This document shows positions 46,052 to 56,300 of a stretch of 64,000 nucleotides of DNA, piece by piece (position 1 is the first letter of the stretch; each line of letters begins with the position of its first letter). The position numbers were made by a program, and so were the translations under genes. The stretch comes from Planctomycetota bacterium (GTDB lineage Bacteria; Planctomycetota; UBA1135; UBA2386), in contig CBFIIO010000012.1 of assembly GCA_965662465.1 (NCBI GenBank), positions 6,714 through 70,713 on the forward strand, given 5' to 3'. A model generated the notes under the pieces. The model worked only from the letters and a program-made list of their open reading frames with translations. It was not told where the DNA came from and did not search any database.

Positions 46052-46077
46052 GTCTGTAACAATAGATTGAGAACCGG

Positions 46078-48195
46078 ATGAACAGCAAGAGTTTCGCCAT
46101 TCCGGCACTTCTCGCCAGCCTCGCGGCGGCACAAAGCACACCACCGCCAATCCCAATGGAGCTCCGGGCTCGGTTTGGATTTACGGGTCCCCTGGTGCAT
46201 AAAATCGGGGATGGCATCAACAGCCTCCAAATGGGCGACATCAACGGTGACGGCCAACTAGAGGCCGTGACGTATGATGGACGCCGGGCGCGACTAGTCG
46301 CAATTGGAGTGACCAATGGTGCCACTACAATGACATCCATACCAACGGGTGGTCAGATCGCCGGCTTCGAGCTCGCAGATTTTGCCGGCAACGGTCAAGC
46401 GCAAGCACTGATCGTTAATAGCCGTGGACAAGTGTCCGTGCGCAACAAAGAGGGTGGCGAAATCACCAAGCCGTTTGATCTCGGCCTATCGGGTCGCGGG
46501 CTGAACCTTGTTGCTGGCGACCTAGATAAGGACGGCAAGCAAGACATTGTTGCCTTCCGCGGCGGCAAGATGCGTATCGTAACGAATCTCATCGGCACCC
46601 CCAAACTGATGCCGGTCGAGCCCACGGAAGACAATCTGCTTTCGACTATTCTCGTCGACCTCAACGGCGACGGCAATCTAGACATCGTATGTGTCACCCA
46701 AAGCGCAAGCATGAATATGCGCACGCGTTTAGGAAATGGCGACGGCACGTTTAGGGAATGGAGCATCGCAAACATCGAGTCCCTGCGCACCGCATTCGAA
46801 GCAAAGCTTGCTGACGGCACGCCAGTCGTAGCTACTGTCGAAGGAGCAACACGCCGCGTCGCTGTTCACCAGTATGCCGATCACGGTGACCAGGCCTCGC
46901 CTAGGTGGTGGGCATTTGGCGATAGCGCCGCCACCAAGACTCCCCCGTTTGCCATCGGCGACATCGACGACGATGGCGACGAAGACTTGGTGATGTTTCC
47001 TTTGAATAAAGCGCAAATGGTAGTCTACCTGTGGCAGGGCGACACATTCGTGCGTAAGAAGATTCCGTCGTTTTCGGGGGTCAGATCGGTAGCAATCGGC
47101 GATGTAGACCTAGATGGCAAAATGGACATCGTGCTCGCAAGCCCAGAAGAAGAGGTTATCGCATGGTCATCGGGTGCAGCCCCCATCACACAATTCCCAG
47201 AGCAACTGCGGACTCGAGGCCAATCGATCAACTTACCCGTTGCAGTGACGGTAGCGCCGCAAGGTGGCATTCTGGCGCTCTGCCGGAACGCAAGGCGGCA
47301 AGCCAATCTGCTGCTGGTCAAACAAGATGAGTTGACAGTACTGCTTCACGAGATCGGTCGCCTTCCCGCGGATCCAGTTCGTATGATTGCAGCCGATATT
47401 GGCGACAAAGACGGAATGGAGGTGTCGTTCGTGGTACCAAGCGAAGGACTACGCACGATTAGTATCACAAGTGAAGGCTCCGAGACGAAAGGCAACAAAG
47501 TAACCGCGGGCTTTACCAAGAAGATGAGCGACAGCGCCCTGATGCTTGGGACTCATGAAGGCAAGCCAGCACTGATCGCAGTGCGCAACCAATTCGTGCG
47601 ACGCTTTCGCTTCGACTCAAACGATCAAGTCAAAGTACTCAATCAAAACAACGGTCCAGAAGGCGCGGTCGAACTAACAATGGCCTGCGAACTCGACGGT
47701 GGCGTTTGGATGTTCTTCGATAAGAAGAGCAACAAACTGCTCCGCACAGAACCAGGAATACCTCTCGACAGCACGGAGATCCCGCCGCTCGGATTCAGCA
47801 ACTTGCGTCCACACATGGGCGCCGCACTCCTAATCGGTCCTCGCGGCATGCTCCGAGTTTCATTCGAAAACGGCCCATCGCTGCGTCCATTCGCTCTGCA
47901 TGAACCACCAACGGAACGGACCTACTATTGGCTTGGCGAGAGCGGAGATTTTGACGGCGACGGCCTATCGGATCTAGCCATGATCGATCGCCGTTTACCG
48001 GGAGTACAAATTCTAGCCGGCAGTAAAAATAGCCTAACCCGAGCACTCGCGATCCCAGTCTTCGAAACCCGCCCCGGTAATTCCCCCAACAGCGAACCCC
48101 GCGCATTGGCTACTGGTGATATCGACGGAGATGGCAGATGCGATCTCGTCCTCATCGCCCACGACCGCATCCTAATCTACCCGCAAGACAACTGA
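46078..48195 (+). CDS. secreted FG-GAP/VCBS-repeat (integrin-alpha-like) beta-propeller protein
   Basis: Signal peptide MNSKSFAIPALLASLAAAQS. Seven Ca-binding-type loops: DINGDGQLE, DLDKDGKQDIV, DLNGDGNLDIV, DIDDDGDEDLV, DVDLDGKMDIV, DFDGDGLSDLA, DIDGDGRCDLV. Confidence 0.8.
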   Translation: MNSKSFAIPALLASLAAAQSTPPPIPMELRARFGFTGPLVHKIGDGINSLQMGDINGDGQLEAVTYDGRRARLVAIGVTNGATTMTSIPTGGQIAGFELADFAGNGQAQALIVNSRGQVSVRNKEGGEITKPFDLGLSGRGLNLVAGDLDKDGKQDIVAFRGGKMRIVTNLIGTPKLMPVEPTEDNLLSTILVDLNGDGNLDIVCVTQSASMNMRTRLGNGDGTFREWSIANIESLRTAFEAKLADGTPVVATVEGATRRVAVHQYADHGDQASPRWWAFGDSAATKTPPFAIGDIDDDGDEDLVMFPLNKAQMVVYLWQGDTFVRKKIPSFSGVRSVAIGDVDLDGKMDIVLASPEEEVIAWSSGAAPITQFPEQLRTRGQSINLPVAVTVAPQGGILALCRNARRQANLLLVKQDELTVLLHEIGRLPADPVRMIAADIGDKDGMEVSFVVPSEGLRTISITSEGSETKGNKVTAGFTKKMSDSALMLGTHEGKPALIAVRNQFVRRFRFDSNDQVKVLNQNNGPEGAVELTMACELDGGVWMFFDKKSNKLLRTEPGIPLDSTEIPPLGFSNLRPHMGAALLIGPRGMLRVSFENGPSLRPFALHEPPTERTYYWLGESGDFDGDGLSDLAMIDRRLPGVQILAGSKNSLTRALAIPVFETRPGNSPNSEPRALATGDIDGDGRCDLVLIAHDRILIYPQDN

Positions 48196-48203
48196 GCTAT
48201 CGC

Positions 48204-49967
48204 ATGATCACCAAGCAACTTATGAAGATAGCAGCGCTCTCCGCAGCACTGACAATCACCCTCCCAGCACAAACGTCTGCCAAGCCAAACAGCAACCGGT
48301 TCGTTCCAGCGAACTCTGCGTTCGTCATGCGCATGGCGTCACCAGCAAAGATGCGCCAACAGTTCAGCCAGACTCAGATGGCTAAGCTCGGCGAAACAGA
48401 GTCACTCGCGCCAATGATGGACATGATGAGCCAACAGCTCGATATGACCATGGACATGATGCGAGACAGCGGCATGTTCGATGCGGATCTCGCGGACGGC
48501 CTACTCAACACTTGGATGGGAGACATCGTGTTCGCAGCGCAAGTCGATTGGGATGACATGATGGATGCCATGGAATATGGCGAGACGCCACCAATTAGCT
48601 TTGTGGTCTCACTGACTTCCGATGGCAGTTTTGATCTCAGCGCCGTTGCCAGTGAGTTCGAAAGCTTGGTAGAGAACACCACGCCCGAGGGCACACTAAC
48701 GGACATGCCCGTCGGCGATTGGACGATGCGCCGCACAAACAATGGCGAAAAGTTCGAAGGTCTCGATCAACTAGACGCGACGCTCCCAATGATGATCGAT
48801 GGGCACCTAGTCATGATAGGCAGCTCCCGACTTGAAAAAGATGCGCCAAAGCTACTTGCCAAGGACGCACGCTTTGCTTTTGACGGCGACGCTCCGCTGT
48901 TCGTTCATGCTGACGTCGGTCGAATGATGAGCTCAATGATGGATGTCGATGCCGCAGGCATGCCATTCGACCCAGCAGCGATCTTGGACATGATAGGCCT
49001 TAGCGCCATTCAAAACGTCACCATGACCCTGCGACCTGACGGCAAAGCCCTCGCGGGCGACGTCAGCATCGGCATGACAGAAGACGGCCGCGGCATCTTC
49101 GACATGATGAGCAAAGGCAACCAGCCGCCAAAATTGCTTAACGCTGTGCCAGCTCAAAGCGAGGCCTTCGCCGTTAGCTCGACCGACATGAAAGTCCTCT
49201 ACACGACAATCAGCGAAATATGGAGCCTCTTCGAAGAGATGGTTCCAATGACGTTTGATGAGGCCATGGACGAGTTCGCCGCCATGACGAAAATCCGTCT
49301 CAAGGAAGACCTGTTCGACAACCTCGGTGGAGAGATGATGATCGTTCAAGACATCGATGCCCTGAAGGAAGTCGACCTCGACGAGATCGCTGACAATCCA
49401 TTAGCAGCCTATACCGGCGGCGTCTATGGCCTGAGCCTTAGCGACGGCGCCAAATTTGAAGCAGCACTAGACACAATGATCCGCTCACGCGGAATGCACG
49501 TTGGCCGCAAGACCGAGAGCTACGCCAATGCAAAGATTTACCGCATGGCGATCGCTGGACTCATTGATGTTGAGTATTCGATCAATAACAACCTGCTGCT
49601 GATCAGCATTGGTGGCGCGGAAAGTGCTAGTCGCATCATCCGCGACATCATCGACACCCGCGCCAACAGCGAGTCACAACGTCCAGAAATTCTCACCAAG
49701 CTTGCAAACAAGCTACCCGAGAACTGGAACAGTATTTCTGTGATGAACATCGGCACTACCCTCGATGGCGTAATGACGACGCTACAAATGGCCATGGAAG
49801 CGAACCCCGACATGAGTGATATGAGCGAGATCATGGGCGACGAAATCGACATGATGACCGGAATGGTGCGAAGCATCATCGCCGACATGAATCGACTCGG
49901 CCTCAGCTCGATCGTGCAGGCGAGCAGCTGCGACGACACCGGTCTACACTTAAAGATGCGCTGGTAG
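48204..49967 (+). CDS. secreted acidic, methionine-rich hypothetical protein (587 aa)
   Basis: ORF track 48138..49967. The ATG at 48204 gives the signal peptide MITKQLMKIAALSAALTITLPAQTSA. It starts 8 nt after the FG-GAP stop. Met clusters include PMMDMMSQQLDMTMDMMRDSGMF, GRMMSSMMDV and PDMSDMSEIMGDEIDMMTGM. Confidence 0.6.
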   Translation: MITKQLMKIAALSAALTITLPAQTSAKPNSNRFVPANSAFVMRMASPAKMRQQFSQTQMAKLGETESLAPMMDMMSQQLDMTMDMMRDSGMFDADLADGLLNTWMGDIVFAAQVDWDDMMDAMEYGETPPISFVVSLTSDGSFDLSAVASEFESLVENTTPEGTLTDMPVGDWTMRRTNNGEKFEGLDQLDATLPMMIDGHLVMIGSSRLEKDAPKLLAKDARFAFDGDAPLFVHADVGRMMSSMMDVDAAGMPFDPAAILDMIGLSAIQNVTMTLRPDGKALAGDVSIGMTEDGRGIFDMMSKGNQPPKLLNAVPAQSEAFAVSSTDMKVLYTTISEIWSLFEEMVPMTFDEAMDEFAAMTKIRLKEDLFDNLGGEMMIVQDIDALKEVDLDEIADNPLAAYTGGVYGLSLSDGAKFEAALDTMIRSRGMHVGRKTESYANAKIYRMAIAGLIDVEYSINNNLLLISIGGAESASRIIRDIIDTRANSESQRPEILTKLANKLPENWNSISVMNIGTTLDGVMTTLQMAMEANPDMSDMSEIMGDEIDMMTGMVRSIIADMNRLGLSSIVQASSCDDTGLHLKMRW

Positions 49968-49977
49968 CATGCGAAGC

Positions 49978-50000
49978 GCGGCGCCGATAGACGGCGCCGC
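49978..50000. terminator. GC-rich hairpin between convergent genes
   Basis: GCGGCGCC (49978-49985), loop GATAGAC, GGCGCCGC (49993-50000). It lies 10 nt after the stop at 49967 (+). No U-tract. Confidence 0.45.
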
Positions 50001-50071
50001 CACCTGGCAAGGCTCATTACTGAGCACGCTAGCGGCAGGCGGTCACAGACGAGGCTCGCGGCCGAGACCGT

Positions 50072-50932
50072 CTACCAAGCGTAGAATCCCTGACCGCTCT
50101 TCTTACCGAGCTTGCCGTCAGCGACCATCTTGCGCATCAATTCAGGGGCTTCAAAGCCAGCCAAATCGAGTTCCGTGCGCAGGTAATCCGCGATGGCTAG
50201 ACGGACATCCAAGCCAACCAAGTCGGTTAACTTCAATGGACCCATCGGGTGTCCGTAGCCGAGCACCATCGCCTTATCGATGTCTTCGGCCGAAGCAACC
50301 CCGGACTCAAACATACGGATCGCTTCCAACCCCAAACAGACACCTAGGCGCGAACTCGCAAACCCTGGGCTGTCCTTTACGAGAATTGGCTCCTTACCAA
50401 GCTGCTTAGAGTAGTTCGTCACTGCATCGATCGTCGCTTGCGACGTCTGCTCGGTACGCACCAACTCAAGCAGCTTCATCAGCGGCACCGGATTGAAAAA
50501 GTGCATGCCAATGCACCGTCCCGGATTGGCAACGCCCTCAAACACGCGCGCCAGCGATAACGAAGAAGTGTTACTGCCGAGCACGCACGTTGCACTGACA
50601 ACTTCAGCAAGCTCTCGGAACAAGCCGTTTTTCAGCTCGAGCTTTTCGGGCACGGCCTCCACAACCAGATCCGCATCAGTCGCTGCAGCTACGCGATCGC
50701 TAGTGATACTGATCCGCGCCAAGACATCGCCGCGGTCCGCCTCAGTTACCTTGCCGCGATCCACGCCCTTCTGAAGAAAGGCCTCGATTCGGGCATAGCC
50801 CTTCTGAACAAACTCATCCGTGATGTCTTGCAGCACAACGGTCGAGCCCGCCTGGGCACAAACCTGAGCAATTCCGGCACCCATTGTACCTGCACCAAGC
50901 ACCGCAACCTTCGCAAACTGTGTGTCACTCAT
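50072..50932 (-). CDS. hbd: 3-hydroxybutyryl-CoA / 3-hydroxyacyl-CoA dehydrogenase
   Basis: VAVLGAGTMGAGIAQV NAD fold, HFFNPVPLMKLLE, and C-terminal dimerisation domain GFYAW. Confidence 0.9.
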   Translation of the reverse strand: MSDTQFAKVAVLGAGTMGAGIAQVCAQAGSTVVLQDITDEFVQKGYARIEAFLQKGVDRGKVTEADRGDVLARISITSDRVAAATDADLVVEAVPEKLELKNGLFRELAEVVSATCVLGSNTSSLSLARVFEGVANPGRCIGMHFFNPVPLMKLLELVRTEQTSQATIDAVTNYSKQLGKEPILVKDSPGFASSRLGVCLGLEAIRMFESGVASAEDIDKAMVLGYGHPMGPLKLTDLVGLDVRLAIADYLRTELDLAGFEAPELMRKMVADGKLGKKSGQGFYAW

Positions 50933-50948
50933 CGTTCTGTAAACCTCT

Positions 50949-51722
50949 TCAGCTCTTCTTCTGCTTACTTAAAAACGCATCCATGCGCGCCTTCTTGTCG
51001 TCACTATCAAATAGTACCGCCTGCGTCGAACTCTCAAATACGACCGCATTCTCATGGCCAGGCCGCGACAACGCATTGAGAGCACGCTTTGCGGCGCGCA
51101 CGGCCAAGCGGCCATTCTTCGCAATCTCCGCAGCCATCTTCAAGGCTTCATCGACAACATCAGTGTCCGGAACGACCTTGTTGGCGAGGCCAATCCGAGC
51201 CGCTTCATCCGCGGCCACCATCCGACCCGTGTAAACCAACTCGCGCGCTAGGCCCAAGCCGACCAGACGCGGCAGTCGATAGGTGCCACCAGCGGCCGGG
51301 ATGATGCCTAGCTTTACTTCAGGCTGCCCCATCTTGGCAGATTCACCGAGCACCCTCAAATCGCAAGCGATCGCAAGCTCGCAACCGCCGCCGAGCGCAT
51401 AACCCTTAACGGCAGCAATCACCGGAACGGCAAATTCTTCAATGCGATTGAAGATGCCACTGTTGATGGCACTAAGCGCATCCTTCGAGGTGCGATCCCG
51501 CAACTGCGCGATATCAGCACCAGCGGCGAATGCCTTTTCGCCAGCACCAGTGATCACGATCGCGGCAAGCGTCTCGTCTTGCTGCAAATCGTCGAGCACG
51601 GCATGCAAGCCGTCGACCATCTCTTGGTCAATTGCGTTACGCCGCTCTGGCGCGTTCAGGGTGACGAGCACGGCATCGCCGTGTCGCTCGGACAGAACTC
51701 GTGAAGTCATCGGGCGGAGCAT
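50949..51722 (-). CDS. enoyl-CoA hydratase (crotonase family)
   Basis: VTLNAPERRNA, GAGEKAFAAGADI, ALGGGCELAIACD. It lies 16 nt upstream of hbd on the same strand. Confidence 0.9.
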   Translation of the reverse strand: MLRPMTSRVLSERHGDAVLVTLNAPERRNAIDQEMVDGLHAVLDDLQQDETLAAIVITGAGEKAFAAGADIAQLRDRTSKDALSAINSGIFNRIEEFAVPVIAAVKGYALGGGCELAIACDLRVLGESAKMGQPEVKLGIIPAAGGTYRLPRLVGLGLARELVYTGRMVAADEAARIGLANKVVPDTDVVDEALKMAAEIAKNGRLAVRAAKRALNALSRPGHENAVVFESSTQAVLFDSDDKKARMDAFLSKQKKS

Positions 51723-52056
51723 CTTGCGGATTCTGCGTCACAACGCCACCGCGAAGTTCTGTTGTCAGACCACATTCGGTCCAGAGCACGCATTCACAGC
51801 CAACCTTTAAGTAACCGTGGCCACCAGCTGAGCCGCTCTGAAACAAGATCGGCCACAGCCTTCGCCGCAAACCGCAACCGGTGGATATGCCACGAAACCA
51901 TGCGGCAAATGACTTTGCGTCGAGCAACAGGAAGCCCGCTAGCCAAATAACAATTTCGACCCCACCTACGCTCGCAATCCGCAACGAGCAAATCATCACC
52001 CTAGACAGATCCACGCTAGCGAAGCCTAGCAACCAAAAATGCCTGCCGTTGCAGAC

Positions 52057-53094
52057 TCAAACCGTCAGCACAACCTTACCCATGGCCTCGCGCGCCTCGA
52101 GCAGGCGATGGGCTTCCGCAACCTGCGCCATTGGCAGGGAGCGATCTAGCACTGCGCGAAATTGCCCCTGCTCAAACATGCGCAGGACCTGCCGAAGATC
52201 CCCCTTACTGCCCATAGTTGAACCCAAGATAGACAGGCTCTTAAAGAATACGGCGTGCAGCGACAACTGCACATTGCCGCCAGTTGTCGCACCACAGGTA
52301 ACGACACGCCCACCGCGACTCAGGCACTTGAGCGAACCAGCAAACGTTGCTTCGCCTACATGCTCGAAGACTACCTGCACACCTTCTTTGCCAGTGAGCT
52401 TGCGGACTTCACTGGCGAAGTCTGTCGCTTGGTAGTCAATGACGTGGTGGGCACCGAGCGCAGCAACCTTGGCACATTTTTCATTGCCGCCGGCCGTTGC
52501 GATAACCTGTGCGCCTAACGCCCGAGCAATCTGCACGGCAGCTGAACCGACACCCGAAAGGCCTGCATGAACCAGCACGGTCTCGCTAGCTCGCAACTCT
52601 GCGCGTCGAACAAGCATGTTCCACGCCGTCTGGAAGACTAGACAAACAGAAGCGGCTTCCTCAAAGGACATCCCTGCAGGCTTTTTCGCGACGTTAGCAA
52701 CCGGCAAGCAAATGTACTCGGCACTCGTGCCATCACAGCTTTCGCCAAGAATGTCATAGCGACTGCATAGCTGGTCGACTCCCGACTGACATGCTGCACA
52801 TTCGCCACAAGACACACCAGGCAGCACAACAACCTCGTCACCTTCCTTATAGCGATCGACGCCGACGCCAACCGCATCGATGACACCGCTAGCATCACTG
52901 CTCGGAATCAACGGCAAGGGAAACTGATGCCCGGGGACACCACGACGCACCCACGTATCCAGGTGATTCAGGCCAATCGCACGTACATGAACACGAACCT
53001 GATTAGGTCCAGGTTCTGGGATCACTCGTTCTTCGAGAAGAAGACGGTCCAAGCCACCGTGTTCGCGCACGGTAACGCAACGCATTGCTGCCAT
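52057..53094 (-). CDS. zinc-type alcohol dehydrogenase / quinone oxidoreductase (MDR superfamily)
   Basis: GLNHLD, structural-zinc cysteine cluster CGECAACQSGVDQLC, and NAD-binding GLSGVGSAAVQIA. Confidence 0.85.
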   Translation of the reverse strand: MAAMRCVTVREHGGLDRLLLEERVIPEPGPNQVRVHVRAIGLNHLDTWVRRGVPGHQFPLPLIPSSDASGVIDAVGVGVDRYKEGDEVVVLPGVSCGECAACQSGVDQLCSRYDILGESCDGTSAEYICLPVANVAKKPAGMSFEEAASVCLVFQTAWNMLVRRAELRASETVLVHAGLSGVGSAAVQIARALGAQVIATAGGNEKCAKVAALGAHHVIDYQATDFASEVRKLTGKEGVQVVFEHVGEATFAGSLKCLSRGGRVVTCGATTGGNVQLSLHAVFFKSLSILGSTMGSKGDLRQVLRMFEQGQFRAVLDRSLPMAQVAEAHRLLEAREAMGKVVLTV

Positions 53095-53237
53095 GTTCTC
53101 AGTATGCAGGCTCAGACCTTGATGTGCATCTCGCCGACAAGTTCCTTCGCCGCGGCTGGCGAATCAGCTACTCAGAATCGCAGGGTAATTGGGGGCTGAA
53201 GCCTCAATCCCCCGCAACGATCCACCAACAACAAGCC

Positions 53238-53261
53238 GAAAAAACCGCACCGGCCGTGCGG
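53238..53261 (-). terminator. canonical rho-independent terminator downstream of the aas-fusion gene
   Basis: The minus strand reads CCGCAC-GGCCG-GTGCGG followed immediately by TTTTTT (plus-strand aaaaaa 53239-53244, stem 53245-53261). It lies 86 nt after the stop at 53347. Confidence 0.65.
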
Positions 53262-53346
53262 CGATGCGCCCATGGCACCGACTTGTTATAGAAAGCGGCC
53301 CAATAACTTACGCATCATAGGCACGCCTCTAACCCCAGCGACCCGG

Positions 53347-56300
53347 CTAATCATCGCCTGCAGCTGCGATCAGGATCTCCTTCACCTTACGCAAATCAAG
53401 CTTGCCAGTGCCCAGCAGTGGCAACTCATCACTATGCACGAACTGATTCAAACGCGGTAAGAACAGAGCGGGCAAGCCACGCAGCGACATCTTTTCGAGG
53501 ATGTCCGGAAGCTCCGACTCGGGCAACGTCGTCAAGACTGCGAGCCGCTCACCCTTGCGGGGATCGGGGACACCGCAAACCGCAAATGCTCGATCATGAA
53601 TCCCCGCGCACTCCTGCAAATGATCTTCGATAGCGCCATGCGGAACCATCTCGCCGCCGATTTTACTAAAGCGCGATAGACGATCTGTCAAAAACAGGAA
53701 GCCATCGGCATCCATACGGCCAATGTCGCCAGTGATATAGCACCCATCGTGCATCGCTTTCTCGGTTAAGTCATCACGACCGAGATAGCCCTGCATCACA
53801 TTCGCACCACGAACCAACACCATGCCAGCCTTACCGAGCGCCAATGGCTCATAGGTGTCAGGATCAACGATCTTGACAGTCACTCCTGGCACTGGTCGAC
53901 CTACAGAACCACGACGCGAACCCGACTGATAAAAGCCAGCGGCTCGATAGCCAGGTGCACAAACGGCAATCGCGGGCGCACACTCAGTAGCGCCATAGCC
54001 CTGAATCGGACGTAGGCCAAAACGCTCGGCAAATGCGTCAGCAAGTTCTTCCGTCAGTTTCTCGGCACCGGTCAAAACTAGACGCAAGGATCCAAACTGC
54101 CCCGGCTCACAGCGCCGATTGTACAGCTGCAAGAACGTCGGCGTCGCGATCAACATCGTTGCCTGATTGGTCGCTACCAAATGCCCAACATCAGCCGCTT
54201 CCAACGGATTAGGATGGAACACCATGCCGGCGCCCTGGCCTACCGCATACCACAATGACAAGTTACCGAACGAGTGAAACATCGGTAATACACCGACCAA
54301 CTTGTCTGCAGATGTAGCAGGCAATACCTGAGCAATGGCATCGCAGTTAGCTTGCAAGTTCTGATGCGTCAAAATGATGCCCTTCGGTTCGCCTGTACTG
54401 CCGCTGCTAAAAAGAATAGCCGCAACATCTTCGCGCGTGACTCGGCGCTTCGCACCGCAAGCACGCTCAAGCATGCCTTTAGGCCACAGCAAGGCACGCA
54501 TCAGACCACCAAGACGTTCGAGCTTCGTCACGTCCTTCATGACGTCTTCGAGCAAGATCAGCCGTAGACCCTGCAGCCCCTCAAGAAGTTCCTTTGGCAG
54601 GCGATCGAGAAAGGCCTGTGAGGTGACCAACGTTTTCAAGTCAGCTTGACGCACGGCAGAAACCATGGCCGCAGTTCCAACGGTGTAATTTAGAGACACC
54701 GAAGTATGGCCCGACAAGCTAGCTGCAAATGCGACCAATGCACCACCTAGCGATGGCGGCAGCATGATGCCGACGTTTTGCTGGCCTTCCCAATGTGGAC
54801 GTAGACGTCTTGCCATCACGACAGCACCAGCCAAAGCAGCGCCTCGCGAGAGCTTCTTACCTTGGCTATCAGCCAGACAGTGACGCCAGGGAGCACGGCG
54901 AACGCGTTTGATAAACGCAATGTGCAATGGCTTCAAATCAACCGCCCTAAACCGAGAGGCACCTTCTGCCAATTGCTCAACAGCTGTTCGGACCTCTTCA
55001 GGTCGCGCTGTATTGGGCATCGGATCACCAAAAGACACCGTGACGGGGCACGGGATCTTGTTAGGCAGCCACTGCATGCGCCCTTGACGTAAACTACCTA
55101 GAGAACTGTAGACGCGATCTAGATGAATCGGAATGACTGGCGCGTTTCTACCCTTAACGATGCGCTGGAAGCCACCGCGGAAAGGCAGCGTGCTGCCCAT
55201 GCGGGTAATTTCCCCCTCGGCAAACAAGCAAACGACTTCGCCAGCATCAAGCGCATGCCCGGCATCGCGAAGAGCCCGCAAGACCAAACGCGGCCCGCCC
55301 GTAGCACTGATCGGAATGACGCCAAGAGCCTTCATAAATGGCTTCAATAGCGGCCGCTCATACCAGTGTTGCTCGACCACAAACCGAATCTGCCGATCAG
55401 TCACGGCCAGCAATAGCAGCCCGTCAAGAAGAGATACGTGGTTCGGCACCAACATCGCGCCACCAGTTTCCGGAACCTTCTCGGCGCCAGTGATGCGAAC
55501 GCGATAGAGCGTGTGCGCAACAATCACCAAGATCAGACGCAGCAGCGCGTCAGGCAGTAAGCAAATTGCCCAAACAGTCGCAATGAACGTAACAACGGCG
55601 ACCGCAACCAGAATATCAGCGCTTCCTAATCCAGCCGCTGAGAGCCACGTGCAACCAAAATTGCCAAGCATCATGCCAGCGAAGGAAACCATGTTCACAA
55701 ATGCGATCACGGCCCCACGACCAGAACTTGGTGCACGCCATTGGATCAACGCATTTAGCGGCACAACAATGAACCCACTGCTGACACCAAGCACAGTCAT
55801 CAGGATGGCAGTGCCTACGACGCCCGGCACATAAAAGCCCATTGCGGCCGTCGACAATGCCAAACCAATCGCCCCCAAAGGCACAAGACCGGTTTCGATG
55901 CGGCCCTGCGAGAGACGTCCAGCAAGTAATGAGCCCGCTCCCACACCGATTGCAAAGATCGCAAACGGCAATCCCGCAATCGTATCGGAGAACATCAAGA
56001 CGTTCTTGCCATAGACCATCATGTCTTGGCCAAGAAGGCTGGCGATGCTCCAGAACGCGACAGTGCCAAGCATTGCCCGCCAAAGCACTCGGTCACCACG
56101 AATCGCAGTCCAAGCTGCCTTCATGACAACCTTCGCAGGTTCAGCACCACCGCTTGCTGGAACTTTTGGCAGGCGCAAAGAGGCGAGGAACCCAACGATC
56201 GAAAACACCGTCAGAATGGCTCCAGCCATCCAAACCATCGACTCACCGCTATCCACGGAGTCAGCGATCGAAAAGGTGTCTAGCAAGAAGCCACCCGTGA

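Noticed and set aside
43734-46156. The methyltransferase as part of an R-M, BREX, DISARM or other defence island.
   Set aside because: No endonuclease, specificity subunit, helicase, ATPase, phospholipase or other defence hallmark lies within several kb. The neighbours are an efflux operon and secreted proteins.
51723-52056. 334-bp gap between the crotonase start and the MDR dehydrogenase stop as a hidden gene or RNA.
   Set aside because: It holds only short overlapping ORFs. I saw no repeats, strong hairpins or RNA signatures. It most simply contains the terminator and promoter between two co-oriented transcription units.
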